Assembly: GCA_951406725.2 (NCBI GenBank) | Contig: OX597821.1 | Span: 62,000,001-62,064,000 of the forward strand | Origin: Octopus vulgaris | Taxonomy: Eukaryota | Direction: 5' to 3' | DNA length: 64,000 nucleotides | Translations under genes and position numbers: made by a program | Notes under the pieces: generated by a model | What the model was told of the DNA's origin: nothing | The model's input: the letters and a program-made list of their open reading frames with translations, nothing else | The model's database searches: none | Shown: piece by piece, positions 27,313 to 40,738 of the stretch | Layout of the letters: every line of letters starts with the position of its first letter | Position numbering within the stretch: position 1 is the stretch's first letter

Positions 27313-27419
27313 TAAAAAAACAAGGCAGTAATTAATATTCAAACATTTTCTCGCACCGTTTCTGATGATGAGAGATGTCAAAATATCCCGGAAAAACGGT
27401 GTGTCTATTTACTGCCTTG
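27313..27419 (+). ncRNA. Degenerate hammerhead-like motif within an inverted repeat
   Basis: CACCGTTT-CTGATGA-..GAGAT..ATCCCG-GAAA-AACGGTG (stem III and cleavage site missing), enclosed by CAAGGCAGTAA/TTACTGCCTTG. Confidence 0.4.
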
Positions 27420-27439
27420 ATCTTATATCTCAGTCTGTC

Positions 27440-27493
<54 letters not shown>

Positions 27494-28825
27494 GAGAGAT
27501 AGAGATAGATATAAATGTATATATATATATATATATACACACATACATATGTGTGTGTGTGCGTTCGTGTTTATAACTGACGTCACATACCTAATGTTTG
27601 TGTTTTGTTTAAGCTGTTTTAAGCTGCAGTATTTGGTCGATTGAACGTACTTTCAAGACTTAGATTCTTAAAACGCACCGTATACATCACTTCGAGGCGA
27701 CACGAAACGCCCGCTAGGTGAACGAGTGCGACAAATATCAATATTTTACAGTAGATTCAGCTTCTGGTTGCGTATATTTGACTCATCCCCGAAACGAATT
27801 CAAATCGTTGGTAAAGAAGTATATGCTAGTAGCGTAAAACCTATCTGCTTTTGTAAAACATCACGACAGAAGTAAAACGAATTGTATTTTGAGTTTGAAG
27901 CAGCTTCTATTGATGTGACATACTTAATCTATGAGTTGTTTAAATGCTTTAGGGGTGCAGTATTTCGTCATGGGAAGAAGTACTTTTCTTAAAAATATTT
28001 GATCGATTTGTCCGACTAAGCACTTCACGGTAGTTCATCGAACATCACCGCTGTCCAGTAACTGAAACAACTTAGAAGTAAAAGATAAAATATGAATATT
28101 ATATTCTCCAGCTACATTATAGTAAATGTGATAACCTAATGAAAAACCATTCGTAAGCAAAAACTAATCATCTGCAATGGCTTAAATAACCACCAGGTTG
28201 ACACCAAATCAACCGAACATATAAAATCGCCTTCATCATCATCATCAGCATCATCGTCCTTTTTGGTGTCATCGTCATCACTATTACAACCAAATATATG
28301 GAGCTTCCATACGTGAACTATTCTGTCAGAGCAGACTTCTGAGAAATTTGAACTCACAATGTAAATATCAATAAAATGTCGCTGAATATTTTGCAGGATT
28401 GGTAAAGAATCTACACCAACCCGTGGCCTTCATGTGTCCGCATTATTAAAATTTATTTAATGCATCTATTTATTTAACCGCATACAAAAACTGCACAAGT
28501 ACAGAAAATTATACCCTCCACCCCAAATATATATTCGTGTATACCACGAGTATATATTTACAAATTTATGATTCAATATCCCATGCATGAGATTTTAATA
28601 GTCACATGATTAAATATACATGTTATCACAGCAATAAAACGCTTCTACAAAATCATATGTTATTCAAATTATAGATTAGGCATTTCTATTATCAGTCAAA
28701 ATATTTAATATATTTACAAGTGTATGGTTATATCATATAAACACACGTACATACATATACGCATACATACATGCATGCGTGTATATATATTTGTATTCAT
28801 ATAAATGTATATATAGATATATACA

Positions 28826-28905
<80 letters not shown>

Positions 28906-29857
28906 CATATATATACACGTATATCTATGTATGTGTGTGTATTTGTTAATGATTTTGAATGCTTTATATCTCTACGGGAACATCACTGAAGCTATTCACT
29001 ATAATTATTTGCTTAATGTGCTTTTCGGTTGTTAAATTGAAAAGTGCAATACTATCTTCCCAACTAATAATCTCCGATTATCAACATTTGAAATCGTAGT
29101 GACATATCTTTACTTCATTAAACATTGCTTTTACGATGGCGGCTGCTTTGCTAAGATGTTTCTGTAGGCTGTAGTAAGATATGTATAATTTGCTCACTTA
29201 TATCACGCGCGAAATTTGAAAGGAATTAATTTTCAATAGTTCGGTAAATAGACTATTTACAAATGGGTTTAAAGACGAATTTTCTAATACTAATTACTAT
29301 TTGAAACTTCATTTCTTGTTCATGTCTAATAGATGTAAGACTCACCGACAGAAAATCAGCTATTGAATCGAATTATTTAATTATACGCACGACAATTTCT
29401 GTATCCAGTAATTGTAGTGAGGAAGATAATCATTACAGTTCTGTATAACATAGCTTGATTCTGCGGATTTAAGACGTCTAATTAATATAATGATAATAAT
29501 TATATTATATTCCGAAAATGAAATCTCATTCTTTGATTATTGTAATACCTATAAGAGTCAGGCATCTTATATTTTCTATTAGCAATATGCAATCATTATT
29601 GCAGACTATAATTGCTGCTACGAATAATTACTATAATCATTAGTTCAAAATGTTACATTCTCAATAAATATGTGACACACTTAACCCTTTTTTTTTATAA
29701 ATTGCCTCTAATAATGTTTCGTGATTAGTATGTCATTAGAGGGTTTATCTATTAAAACATCTAAGAGGGCTTTCTATATAATTTCGGAGAGAGAGAGAGA
29801 GGGAGAAAGAGAATGAGAGAAGGCAATTTCCTACATTTATGTTTGAACAGCTTAAAG

Positions 29858-29892
29858 GAGATACAAGCTTAATAATATTAAGCTTGTATCTC
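29858..29892. repeat. Perfect 17-bp-arm palindrome
   Basis: GAGATACAAGCTTAATA-A-TATTAAGCTTGTATCTC. Confidence 0.9.
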
Positions 29893-30167
29893 TGCTTATA
29901 ATGATTTGTAGATTAAGCATACATTCACATATTACTGCAAGACAAATTAAGCGAAATATTCATATTAGTAATTAGTGATGTTTGTTGCTCTGTGCGCATC
30001 TCGAGTAAGCCCGGCTGACGGCACTTTCATGCTTGAAGAGTTTATGCGGAAATGGCAATGCCCTCTGTAATAATAATAGCAATAACTCATATTTTAACAA
30101 CCAGGAATTTTGGAACATCATTCACGGTAATGTGGGATGATACAGAGCGTTGTTGTATAATAAGTGT

Positions 30168-30385
30168 AAGGGCAGCGAGAAGTCGAATCGGTAGCATGTC
30201 CCGCGAAAAGTTATGCAGCATTTCGTCCATCTTTGCGTTCTGAGTTCATATTCTGCCGAGGTCGACTACGCTTTTCCTCCTTTCGGGGTCGATAAAATAT
30301 GTACCAGTTGCGCACAAGTGTCTATATAATCGACTTGACCCTGCTCTCCTGGAATTGCTGACATTGCACCTGAATTTGAAGCTAT
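30168..30385 (+). mobile_element. SINE family B copy
   Basis: TTCTGAGTTCATATTCTGCCGAGGTCGACTACGCTTTTCCTCCTTTCGGGGTCGATAAA. Confidence 0.8.
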
Positions 30386-33269
30386 TATATAATCAGTTTG
30401 TAAAGAACTGAAATTTTTTAAGAAATCGAAAGAAAAGTCTCCCAGAAATGGGAAGATTCCCCTGTGTTATTCGCGGAAATTTCACAAAATGACGCTCACG
30501 TTTACTACAATGGAATTTGCCGTCTCTCAGATTTTATCTGATGCAGCGGTATATGCTCAGAGTGAGAGGAGAGAGAGTGAGAGAGAAGAGAGAGAGAGAG
30601 AATGAGAGAGATGAGAGTGAGCGAGGGAGGAGTGAGAGACACAGAGAGTTTCCAATATAGCGTTGAAAACCGTAAAATTACTCTTTTCAACGGGCTCCCG
30701 TACATAAAAAGGAATTTTTTATACAATATTGCCGTTAGAGAAATCGTTAGTGTAGGTAAAAAAATGTTCTACCCCTCTGATTTACTTACATCTGGGTGAC
30801 ATAGATGCATATATTCTGGGGTGTACTCTTGAAAATAATCCTCTTTTTAATGACCTCACATTAGTAACTATGGATTTCATACCTCTCAGCAAAACCAGAA
30901 ATTCCAACACGTGCCTTGGCATGTATATTTGATGTGCTTGCTCTCAACGCATTTCTGAGTCGAACTGGAATAAGGGATGAGGGCAAAGCGGTGTTCTTTC
31001 GGTAAAGCCTTATCTGCCACCTGCCAACGATTTTATCTTCAGACTAGTAGCAGTCTAATCTAATATGTGAGTGAAAAACATCACCTAATGAAATATATAG
31101 ATACATTTCCACAACCACAGCCACATCACCAATGCCATCCACCTCAAAATTATAATATTAACTACGTTTATAGGATCAGTTAAGAATCCACGTTTACGGC
31201 CAAACATGTGTGTTGCTGATGCATACCTGCATGGCTCTTCATCTTACCATGTGTATGCACATACTTGTTTATTGCTGATACATAGCTCCATAAACATCCA
31301 TCTGGTCATTAAATAAATCGATAAATATGGTGTCAATGAAATACCTCGGCGCACGTGGCAGTATTTCCCATAATCTCAGGAAAAAATTATATAGTTCACT
31401 AGATTGGCATTTGCGCTCTCTATTTCTTCCCCTTGTTAAACCTTCCTTGGTCACGTTCCTAGCGAGCACCTACAAGGTTACACAATTGTCAATGTTGTTT
31501 CTCGTAGCAGCCCGTTGTGGTAATTTTCTTCTTACGCAGTCCGGAGAAGCTATGAGCCTATAACATATGACATATCATTATTCATAGGAGACGCCTATTC
31601 CTCTTAATACAATTTTACGTGCTTGTGATGAATGATCTAAGATATTTGTTTGTTCTGGGGTGGTGTGAGTCGCTTCAGCAGGTTGTGCTTAGTAAATTTG
31701 ATGCCATATTTTTCATCATTGAATTCGGTTGAAACTCAATAATTTCTACTCGCGAGAGAAAAGAACGAACGTCTGCATATTCACTTGCCTGGAAACTACA
31801 ATCGACGCTGTATTGAGAAATATTTCTCTGCTTCAAAAAATATGTTCCAAATTCCTATCCTAATGTACTGTTGTGCTTGTCATATTTGGGATTCTTCCAC
31901 TTCGTGTGACTTATTCCCTGTAAACTTTGTCCAAGTTGTAATTAGGTCTTAATTAGTCATAAAGCAATCTCAGCGGAAACTATTTCATTTAAATAAATTA
32001 GATGCGCCTTATAAACTACGTCTGAATCTAATTTTCAATCACACACCTACACACATACACACACACACACACACAAACATACACACACACAGAGACGCAC
32101 ACGCACACAGAGACACATACACACAAGTGCAACAAAATATTAATAATACAGTATTGGTAATGTTCCTCTTCCGACAGAAGAAAACACTTAATGCTTTCGG
32201 TCATAGTCTACACAAATTATGTAAAAGTATATAAAATCAACAATTGATTTTTTCCGGGGCTGAAATATTTTCTTACGATTATTTTGCGTTTCTGATAAGG
32301 CACTTTCTCTCTAATTCATATATTTGTATGGTGTGGGTGTGAAAAGCAGCTTCTAACCTGCATCTGCCTTGTAGTCAACTCTGCTTATAACAATTATTAT
32401 AACATTAAATGCATTGTTCTCTCTGGACCATTTGGTAGTCAAGTAATTGGTATTATTTATCGAAATTGCCCCGAAAATGTGTGAAATGTTTAATAGAATA
32501 ATAGTCTCCTGTAAGGAATATGACTAGAAAATGTAATATAGAATAATGATATATTGATTGGGAATAAAATAGGTATAATTATGAAAGAAACAAAATACGA
32601 ATTAGGTTAGTGTGTCGAGATATATAACTTTCTAGTAGAAGTTTTCAACTTGAAAATCACCAATTAAAAGTGGCAATGAAGTAGATAATAAAGAAAGCAA
32701 ATTGAAAAAAAAAGTTAAATATATATAAAAGAAAGCGAACGATATCTCCATACATCACATTTTGAGTTTTATTACTGTTAATTTTGTCAAAGAACACCAA
32801 CGTTAGCTCCCGGTACAATTATTATATATCAAAGCCTGATTGCTTTAGGACAATGACATATTGATGTATCTTCTTTAACAGTAATGGGAATAGGTTTTTA
32901 TTTATAAAGTGCATAAAAAGAACGAGTTGCTCGATTTCTTTACTGCGCATGATTAAATTCGAATTAAAAAATATCTACATTCAAAGAGTTGACTTCAAAA
33001 GGAATATGGGAACGCAACGATAAGTTTTTTTTTTGTTTGTTTGATGACGTCTAAATGTAAATAACATCATTCTAGACTCTTCAGCAATAGCTTCTAATTT
33101 TAATGTCTTTACTCTAGCAAGCATCGACTAAGAGAAAATATTTCTGTGATACAGTGAACGTATGCTTCAGTGATACTAGTACTCTTCACCTTTACATATT
33201 GAGTTGGTATTTTCTTCCAGAATAAAACGAGGATTTTTAATAATTTTTGTTTTATTTCCGCACAACGCC

Positions 33270-33660
33270 ACCGATGTAGAGTGACAGAGAAGTACATTAC
33301 ATCAACCCAATTGGTCAAGTGTTACTTATTTTATCGACTCGGAAAGGATGAAACACAATTCGAGAGCGGCGGAATTTGAACGCAGAAAGTAAGACGGACG
33401 AAATACAGCTGAACATCTTGCCGCTAAGCATTTTGGCCGGCGTTGTAACGGTTTCGAATTTGGGTAGAAGGCCAGTATTTTTGGGAGAGAGGTTAAGTCG
33501 ATTACATGGACTCAGCAATTCAGCTGATACTTATTTTATCGACTTTGAAAGGACGGAAAACATGTTCCGCCTGAGTGGAATCAAACTCAAATCGTAAATA
33601 CGGATGAAATGCCGCTAATTATTTTGTCCGGGCTGCTACCTGTCTGCCAGCTCACCACTT
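33270..33660 (-). mobile_element. SINE family B, two tandem copies in reverse orientation
   Basis: TACTTATTTTATCGAC..GAAAGGA at 33323 and 33528; ends CTGCCAGCTCACCACTT. Confidence 0.75.
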
Positions 33661-36600
33661 TATGAGGATGGTTTTATATATATATAATCGAAATGTAATG
33701 CTTTTTATTTCTTCAATGCAGTTTGTTCTGAAAGAAGGTATAACGTAGTTTTTCTATGATCGACGAGCTTTAAGAATACAACTAAAGGAATTCTTTAGTC
33801 AATTCAAGATCGAAATATAAATAGATGATTAGATATAGTTACATGTAGAAAACATAAAATGTGCTAATGTATATAACATATCTATATAAATAAACCTGTA
33901 TAAAATACATACTTTATAGACATTTTTAAATCACTATGTTCTATGTGCATCAATTAACAATAAATTGAATTTCATTGCATTATAATTCTCGTAAAATTAT
34001 GACCCGGCATCAGTCGAAAAATTATGTAGAAAAGCCAGCCAAATAATTGAAAAAAAAACAAATACAATCATCATTTGCATTTTGCTTCAAAGTGAAACGA
34101 TACAATAATTTACATTGGACAAGAATGCTTTTATTAAATATGCTTCCGGTAATCTTACGTTTATTTTATTTAATATCTTCATTTATTTTCTCACGTGAAG
34201 TCATTGAAATTCTGAACCCTGTGATTTCAAATCACACAGAGATATCACAATTATTTCATCATTAACTAATTAACTAACATACCCATTATCTACTCACTTC
34301 GTTACGATACATCTCTCCCCCGTGCACAGAGTTTTAAATGAGAACAGGATTGAAGCTGAATAAGTTTTATTGATCCAGCCACATTTTATCGAAATATATG
34401 AAATCAGAATCTTTCTTATCTTCTGTAATTCAATAAGCCATGAAAAAAGCGCTCGCACAAAGATACACACATAACCACACACACAAACGCATGCACACAC
34501 ACACGCATACAAATACACAACCACATACATACACACACGCGCACAAAATTACATGAAAAATTTACTTATGTGGGATGCTGGTGTTTATAATAAATATCTT
34601 AGAAACGAAATATTGATGTATATAAACAATATGGACAGATTATGTAATCATAGTGAAATTTAAAAGTATCCAACTTACGTTGCGAAAAACTTTAATTAAA
34701 GAATATAATACGCGGAACCTTCATCTGTTGTTTTATGTTTGTAATTTATTTCGTAAATTGCAAGGTGACAGTCACAAAATTGAGTAGCAGTGAAGAAATA
34801 TACTGTTCTCTGAAATGTAGATATCTTTTCAACTCAGAAACCATATGCCAAGTCTAGACAATATCAATTAAGTTTCCTGTGACAGAGAGATACACGCAGC
34901 AGATAAAAGTTACAACACCGAGGTATAATTTGCTGATAGTTCTAGTTGTCAGTTACAGTCAAATACAGGAAGATAGCCTGTTGTTTTTAAGATTAGTATT
35001 GTAGCTGCTCTGAAATTAATTTTTCTTTGTCAATGGAAATAAGCTCTATTGAACTAACGATAACATTTTATGTACCAGAGGACATTTGGATTTCTAGAAT
35101 ACTCTCATGAACATGTGAGATGCTGGATTTCACATCATCTACTGAATCAACTTACACAGCAGCAAAGGAGTTACGTCGCGACTGTCTGGAGACATAACTA
35201 TCAAACTACATTTTTGTAATAATGTCTTTTTATTACTTTTGTTTAGAACCGCATAATCCCTGATGGAACAGGAATTTTGATTAAAGGTGTATTTTTAAAA
35301 ATTTCATGCACCGATATTTGTCAATTTTCTCAGCACCAAAAGATGAGGTTTAAGGGAAATATAGCTAATAATTTGTTCAATCCATGAGTGGATGGTGGGA
35401 CCTTAAATATGTTTTAATGTTAACTAATAATATTCGTTTCACTGACGAAATCTTCGTAAATTTTGAATATCTGTATGACAGTAATACGAGACGTAACTTG
35501 TTAATTTGGTTTAATACGGATGCAAAACTTAGCCGCAGATATCTTGTTATTGATATTACATTATATAGTTATTATATTCTTAGTCTCCTTTTCAAAATGA
35601 ACTTTGCAAAACGCCTCGCTTTAATAACTTTTGTCTCGTTAAAATTTCTATTGCAGACTATTTATAGTGAATTTCTTGGATTCCGTTAGTGATTTTAATA
35701 AACATTTGCAGACATTTTCATCCACATACTTCTCAATGCTTTCCAAATCATATGCATTCTCTATTTCCGACCAGAACTTTATTTTGTTAATAATTATTTT
35801 AAATGCCCGTTACCCTCAATGTCATCTGTCATCCAAAAGTGTTTCTTTTTTCGCTACTGTCATAAACATATTCACTGATATTTTTTTTTTTATCCATATT
35901 TAATTTATTTTTGTCCTTTCCTTTTTTCATTCTGCTCATATTTCCTAACTGGCAGCAATCACTTGGGCAGTTCTAATATTTGTTTTATTTCCTTACACAG
36001 AAAAGTCTTCATTCAGCAACATAGTTACAAGATAGAATATTCAATTAGCTGTATGCAATATTAACTTCCTCTCTCGTCTTCCCACTTGAAGACTCATTTA
36101 AAATAATCATCTTTCGTTGAAACTAATATTTATTGTCAAAATCATGATCCTATACTAACACTTCGTAACGTTGTCGCAACTATTTGAAAGTCTTGATTAT
36201 TTTAGAAGAAAACATCTTAAAACAATTACCATCAGAATGTTACGAAAGATGTATTCTAGACACTGTTAACCTTATAATCTTACTGCAACCCTAGTATCAA
36301 CCATATTGTAATTGGGATTTAATGTAGGTAGATTAGCATTGAAATGTTCATTAGATTGTTGTAAATTAAATCGTTATTCGAAGTTTCCGTTACTCAAGGA
36401 CAAGAGCATTTATACACATAAAATCATAGGAGATATCTTGCTATAGAATGCATAGGCTCTTAATATATTATTAATAATTATTTCATTAAACTTAAATGTG
36501 TGGATTGCAGCAGAGTTGACAGCAAAATTTCAGTTCAGATTCCTATAGTGATGTGATAAGATGGAGTTAAGCTTGTTGTCGTGCTCTCAAATTCCATTGA

Positions 36601-36959
36601 CTTTTGAAACTTTACAGGTGATTTGTTTCCTTTACATTCAGAGACTAAAATACCTGATACCTTCGCACACTTCAAAACAAGAAAACCTTTGAGAGATCGT
36701 TTGCTTTCCAACAGTTTGATTCAGCATTTGATTATTATGTACCATACTTTCAGACTATACAAACTGTCATGTGATTTAGCAACTCATTCTATATACACCA
36801 CTATCTAAAATCTTTTATCTGAGAGATGTTTCGAAAATAATGCAAAAGTATACATGTTTTTGCTTTTATTATCTGACACTCACCGTTCACATTACGCGTT
36901 TAAATGCGCATAATATCTTCGTTTAAAATGTGTGGTACATCCAATGTAGTAGCTGTAGG

Positions 36960-37900
36960 AGTTATTTACTATGTTTGTAAACAGTGCATTAGTATGCGAC
37001 ATTGAATCTTCTGCATTGAGCTTGCAGCAGGAAGTCTCTCGCGTATCTGCAGTTGCATCTGACTTCGTCGTCGGCGTTTCATCGTGTGACTGATTTTTTA
37101 TTTGGCTTCTTCTTGACCGCTTCTTCCCCTCTCTCCGTGTGTTATGCATCTGATGACAAAAGAAGCAAGTTCTTGCATAGAAACGTCTATTGCAAAGTTC
37201 ACAAGGGATTCGTTTTAGAGGCTTTTGTTATTACAGCTTCCATTTTCTTTCTTGTCGTTTCTTTTCTTCTTTCCTTGGTCGTTAATGTTCAAAATGATTT
37301 GTCACAGTGGAAATGGAATGATGTCAGCCGTGCCTGTCCTGACCTTCAATGTCCCAAGCTTTAGGATCGATTCTAGTCAGTTTTAGGCTATGCTTCAGCT
37401 GGTCATTTTATCGACGGAGGGGACAGCCATGCAGCCTTCTTCCGGTGGAAAGTTCCCCATATAAACTTTGACGAGGGAGCCTCGTCTCTTTCATTCTTGC
37501 TAAGTAGCCAGTACATCTCAGGGGATGTTTTAGGATGGCGGCCTCGATGCTGCTGCTTTTCGTTCTATATAGAACAGAGATATCGATCACATAGTCATTT
37601 CATTTCATATTCATAATAGAGTGGTGCTTCTGTTAGTGATGTCGCTCTAGGCTTTTGATGGCACTTCGGTAACGAGTCCAGTTATCACAACCGCAGAGGA
37701 GAATGGAGATCACGGCTGCTTGGTAGACACTCACTTTTGTTTGGTGGTTCAGTTCTTTGTTCTTAAATATCATTTTCAGGAATCCACCACACGCGGTGTG
37801 AGGCGCTCTTAATCGGTTCTCCACGTTCTTTTCCGATGTGTATTTGTTGGAAGGCAAACGTCCTAAGTATGAAAACTGGTCGACTTTGTACTTTGTTCAG
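36960..37900 (-). mobile_element. RTE-clade LINE 3' fragment (RT C-terminus), degenerate
   Basis: Peptides TKVSVYQAAVISILLCGCDNWTRYRSAIKSLERHH, LRCTGYLARMKETRLPRQSLYGELSTGRR and a C-terminal CELCNRRF motif typical of RTE/BovB. Confidence 0.85.
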
Positions 37901-38217
37901 TGGTGTCTCCTAGAGGCCACTTGACAAACATTCTTATATAAAATCATTAATAATCTGTCTCATGAAAATTTTCAACGTTTTAAGTGAGATATTATTAGAC
38001 ATAAAATAACAAATCCAAATGAAAAAATATCATCCGATACATTGATCTGACTATTTCTTATGTGTTTTCGTTATGTATACAAAACAGTATTTCCTTTTAT
38101 GATTTATGTTACTGTATAATGCCACTCATTGTAATTTATATTGACTGCTTAAACGTTGTACAATGAAAAGTATCATAATAATGAAAATATTTGCAATTAA
38201 CGTTAATTCATGAACGC

Positions 38218-38219
<2 letters not shown>

Positions 38220-38272
<53 letters not shown>

Positions 38273-38316
38273 CATACATATTTATACATATACATATATA
38301 CATATATACATACATA

Positions 38317-38388
<72 letters not shown>
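38220..38388. repeat. (TA)n/(TC)n compound microsatellite
   Basis: Direct inspection. Confidence 0.95.
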
Positions 38389-38389
<1 letters not shown>

Positions 38390-39196
38390 AGGTTATGAGT
38401 GGTAATAGCGTCATTGAGACTCAAAGGTGTCAGGTAATGCTGAATAAGTGCTATAGATAGACCGTAGTTAAGTTCCAGTTTCGGGGATTATACGAATAAG
38501 GGGCTCAACGTTGGTCATATGTCAGCGTGTATATAATTTTGTTTTCGTAATGAGATAAAAAACCAAGGTTGTATAGATTTTAGAACATTTATAGATAGAA
38601 GGTCTTACAGCTGTGTCCAGGATATACATTATATCCCGTCATCGGAGATGGTGTGAGAGGATGGTTAAGAAATAGATAATTTAGATAAGATATAAAATAG
38701 AGAGTGAGATGGAGGAAATAAAAGAAAATAGATGTGAGATATGTAGGGATATTGCATTTGTAGAACCATTTTTTAAGGCAGAATGGTATATATATATAAG
38801 ATTCCAATAATTTATGGGTAAAAACCATTAGTATTTAAAATTGGTCATTCCAAATATAGAGTTTATACACAGTGTTATTGAATAAAGTTCTTTTTTTTAA
38901 AGTGACCTAAAAATAGGGTGTGTATTAGTAGGGACAAATCGAAAACAGGAAGAGAGGAATGAAGAAAGAGAAAAATAAGACCAAATCAAAAAGAGAAAAA
39001 AGAGAGAATTAGGAGAAAGTAAGAAGAAAAATGACAAAATAATAAAATAATGAAATAATAAAATAATATAATAAAAAATGAAAAAGAGAGGAATAAAGGA
39101 AAGAAAAAAGAAAAAGAAAAAGAAAAAGAAAGTGACAAATGTTAGTAGTAAAGAATGAAAAATGAAGATTTTTGGGAATTTAGATGGTTTGGCAGG

Positions 39197-39242
<46 letters not shown>

Positions 39243-39267
39243 GTGTGTGTGATTGTGTATAGAAGAA

Positions 39268-40184
39268 TATATTAATAAAAAGAATTCCAACCTTGTCTGA
39301 TTTTCACGTTTTATTTACAATCTTATAATGATATATTATATGATAATATATTATAATTGAATAAAATAAAATGAAATAGTAGAATGTTAAATATTCATTC
39401 TGATTGAACTAGTACTTTCATGCATTGAATTCTGCAATCTTCGGGTTCATGTAGTAGTGTTGACAGTCATGCTTCACAATTTTTGACTGTAGCAAGATGA
39501 GTGATTCTGTGCTATAAATACAGCTGGGTAGGCTCCAGAGTGCTAGGTTTTGCAAACTGTATTCTGACCAATCAGTGTGTAGTATCACTCAATTACTTAA
39601 GCTGATTGGTTGGTTGAGCTGATTGGTTTAGGCATCACGCTTTGTTGGACAGGTCAAGAGTCCTGTATCTTGACCCTGGCCGAAGCAGCAATTGTTGGGT
39701 TATTTTTAGAAATGTTGTAAATATCCTTTGTCAGAGATTTTTATATTTTTATATTTCAATTGTCATCATCATCATTGTCAGCACCTTAATTATTGTTGCT
39801 AGTGGTGATGGTGGTGGCAATAGAACTTTTAACCCTAAATAAGATAATTTTCCTGCTATCTTCGTCTTGATCACCTTTAGTATTGTTGTTGTTGTTAGTG
39901 GTCATGGTCGTAGCAGTGGAAGTAATACCTCTAAGTATTATTATTATTGCTTATTTAGCTTGGGTTCGAATTTATCAATAAAATTCTTTTCTCTGATTTT
40001 CCTCTCGATTTCACTTGGGCTGTGTAATTTGTAGAATGGAAATATTATATATATTTTCCGACCACATGTTGCTAGGTGGTTACTCAAAGGTATCTGACGG
40101 ACCTCTGGGTCTCTAATCTGTTGCCGGTGTACACGTGAGCGTTCTAATAGTGCGTTTCCCGTCTGACCTACATATATTTCTTCA
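39268..40184 (-). repeat. Inverted copy of the element's 3' end (partial GIY-YIG + 3' UTR/pLTR)
   Basis: Identical peptide EEIYVGQTGNALLERSRVH..PKLNKQ in ORFs 39944(-) and 42615(+); only two small indels spotted between arms. Confidence 0.95.
39405..39449 (-). ncRNA. Minimal hammerhead ribozyme motif (CCGAAGA core variant), left arm
   Basis: Mirror of 43463-43507. Confidence 0.6.
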
Positions 40185-40738
40185 GAACTCCGAGAAATAG
40201 CATTAAAAGTGGACAACCTCACCAACGCAACATACACCAGAACACGTGGCAACATAAACACCCGTTTCACCACGAATCGAAGACGAACTACGGTAAGAAC
40301 TCTTCCCATTTTGTATGCAAACACCCTAATGCACACAACATGAACAAAAAGCACAAACAAAATAGATATTGTTTTGAACAGACCATTAGCAGTAGAAATA
40401 ACAGGAGATCATTTTCAAGACCTCAACAGAGATTACCCACAAGAAACTGGACAAAAAACCGATCTAGATCTAGAAGTAAACCCAGATCATTTCTCCAGGT
40501 GGTTAAAAACAATGCTAACAAGAAATTGAAAAGTAGCATACATAATACCAAAAACAAGACAGAAAACATAACGAAACCAAGTAAAGTACCACAACCAAAA
40601 CGCAAAATTCATCAAGCAAACATCAACAGGAATATAAATCATAACCAGAAAAAAATCCATTTTTTTACGTCAGGACAACAAACACCGGAGAAAGAAAAAA
40701 TCCAAGAGGAAACATACCCCAAACAACTGAACGTATAG
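40184..40738 (+). CDS. Upstream basic Arg/Ser/Lys/Asn-rich ORF (ORF1-like) of the Neptune element, 5'-truncated
   Basis: Frame is open from the inversion junction (RTPRNSIKSGQPHQ..) through NRSRSRSKPRS to the stop at 40738; overlaps the start of the RT frame. Confidence 0.55.
   Translation, partial: RTPRNSIKSGQPHQRNIHQNTWQHKHPFHHESKTNYGKNSSHFVCKHPNAHNMNKKHKQNRYCFEQTISSRNNRRSFSRPQQRLPTRNWTKNRSRSRSKPRSFLQVVKNNANKKLKSSIHNTKNKTENITKPSKVPQPKRKIHQANINRNINHNQKKIHFFTSGQQTPEKEKIQEETYPKQLNV

Noticed and set aside
39642-39842. Identical 66-aa ORFs at 39642(+) and 43073(-)
   Set aside because: Antisense to the PLE 3' UTR; identity simply reflects the inverted duplication
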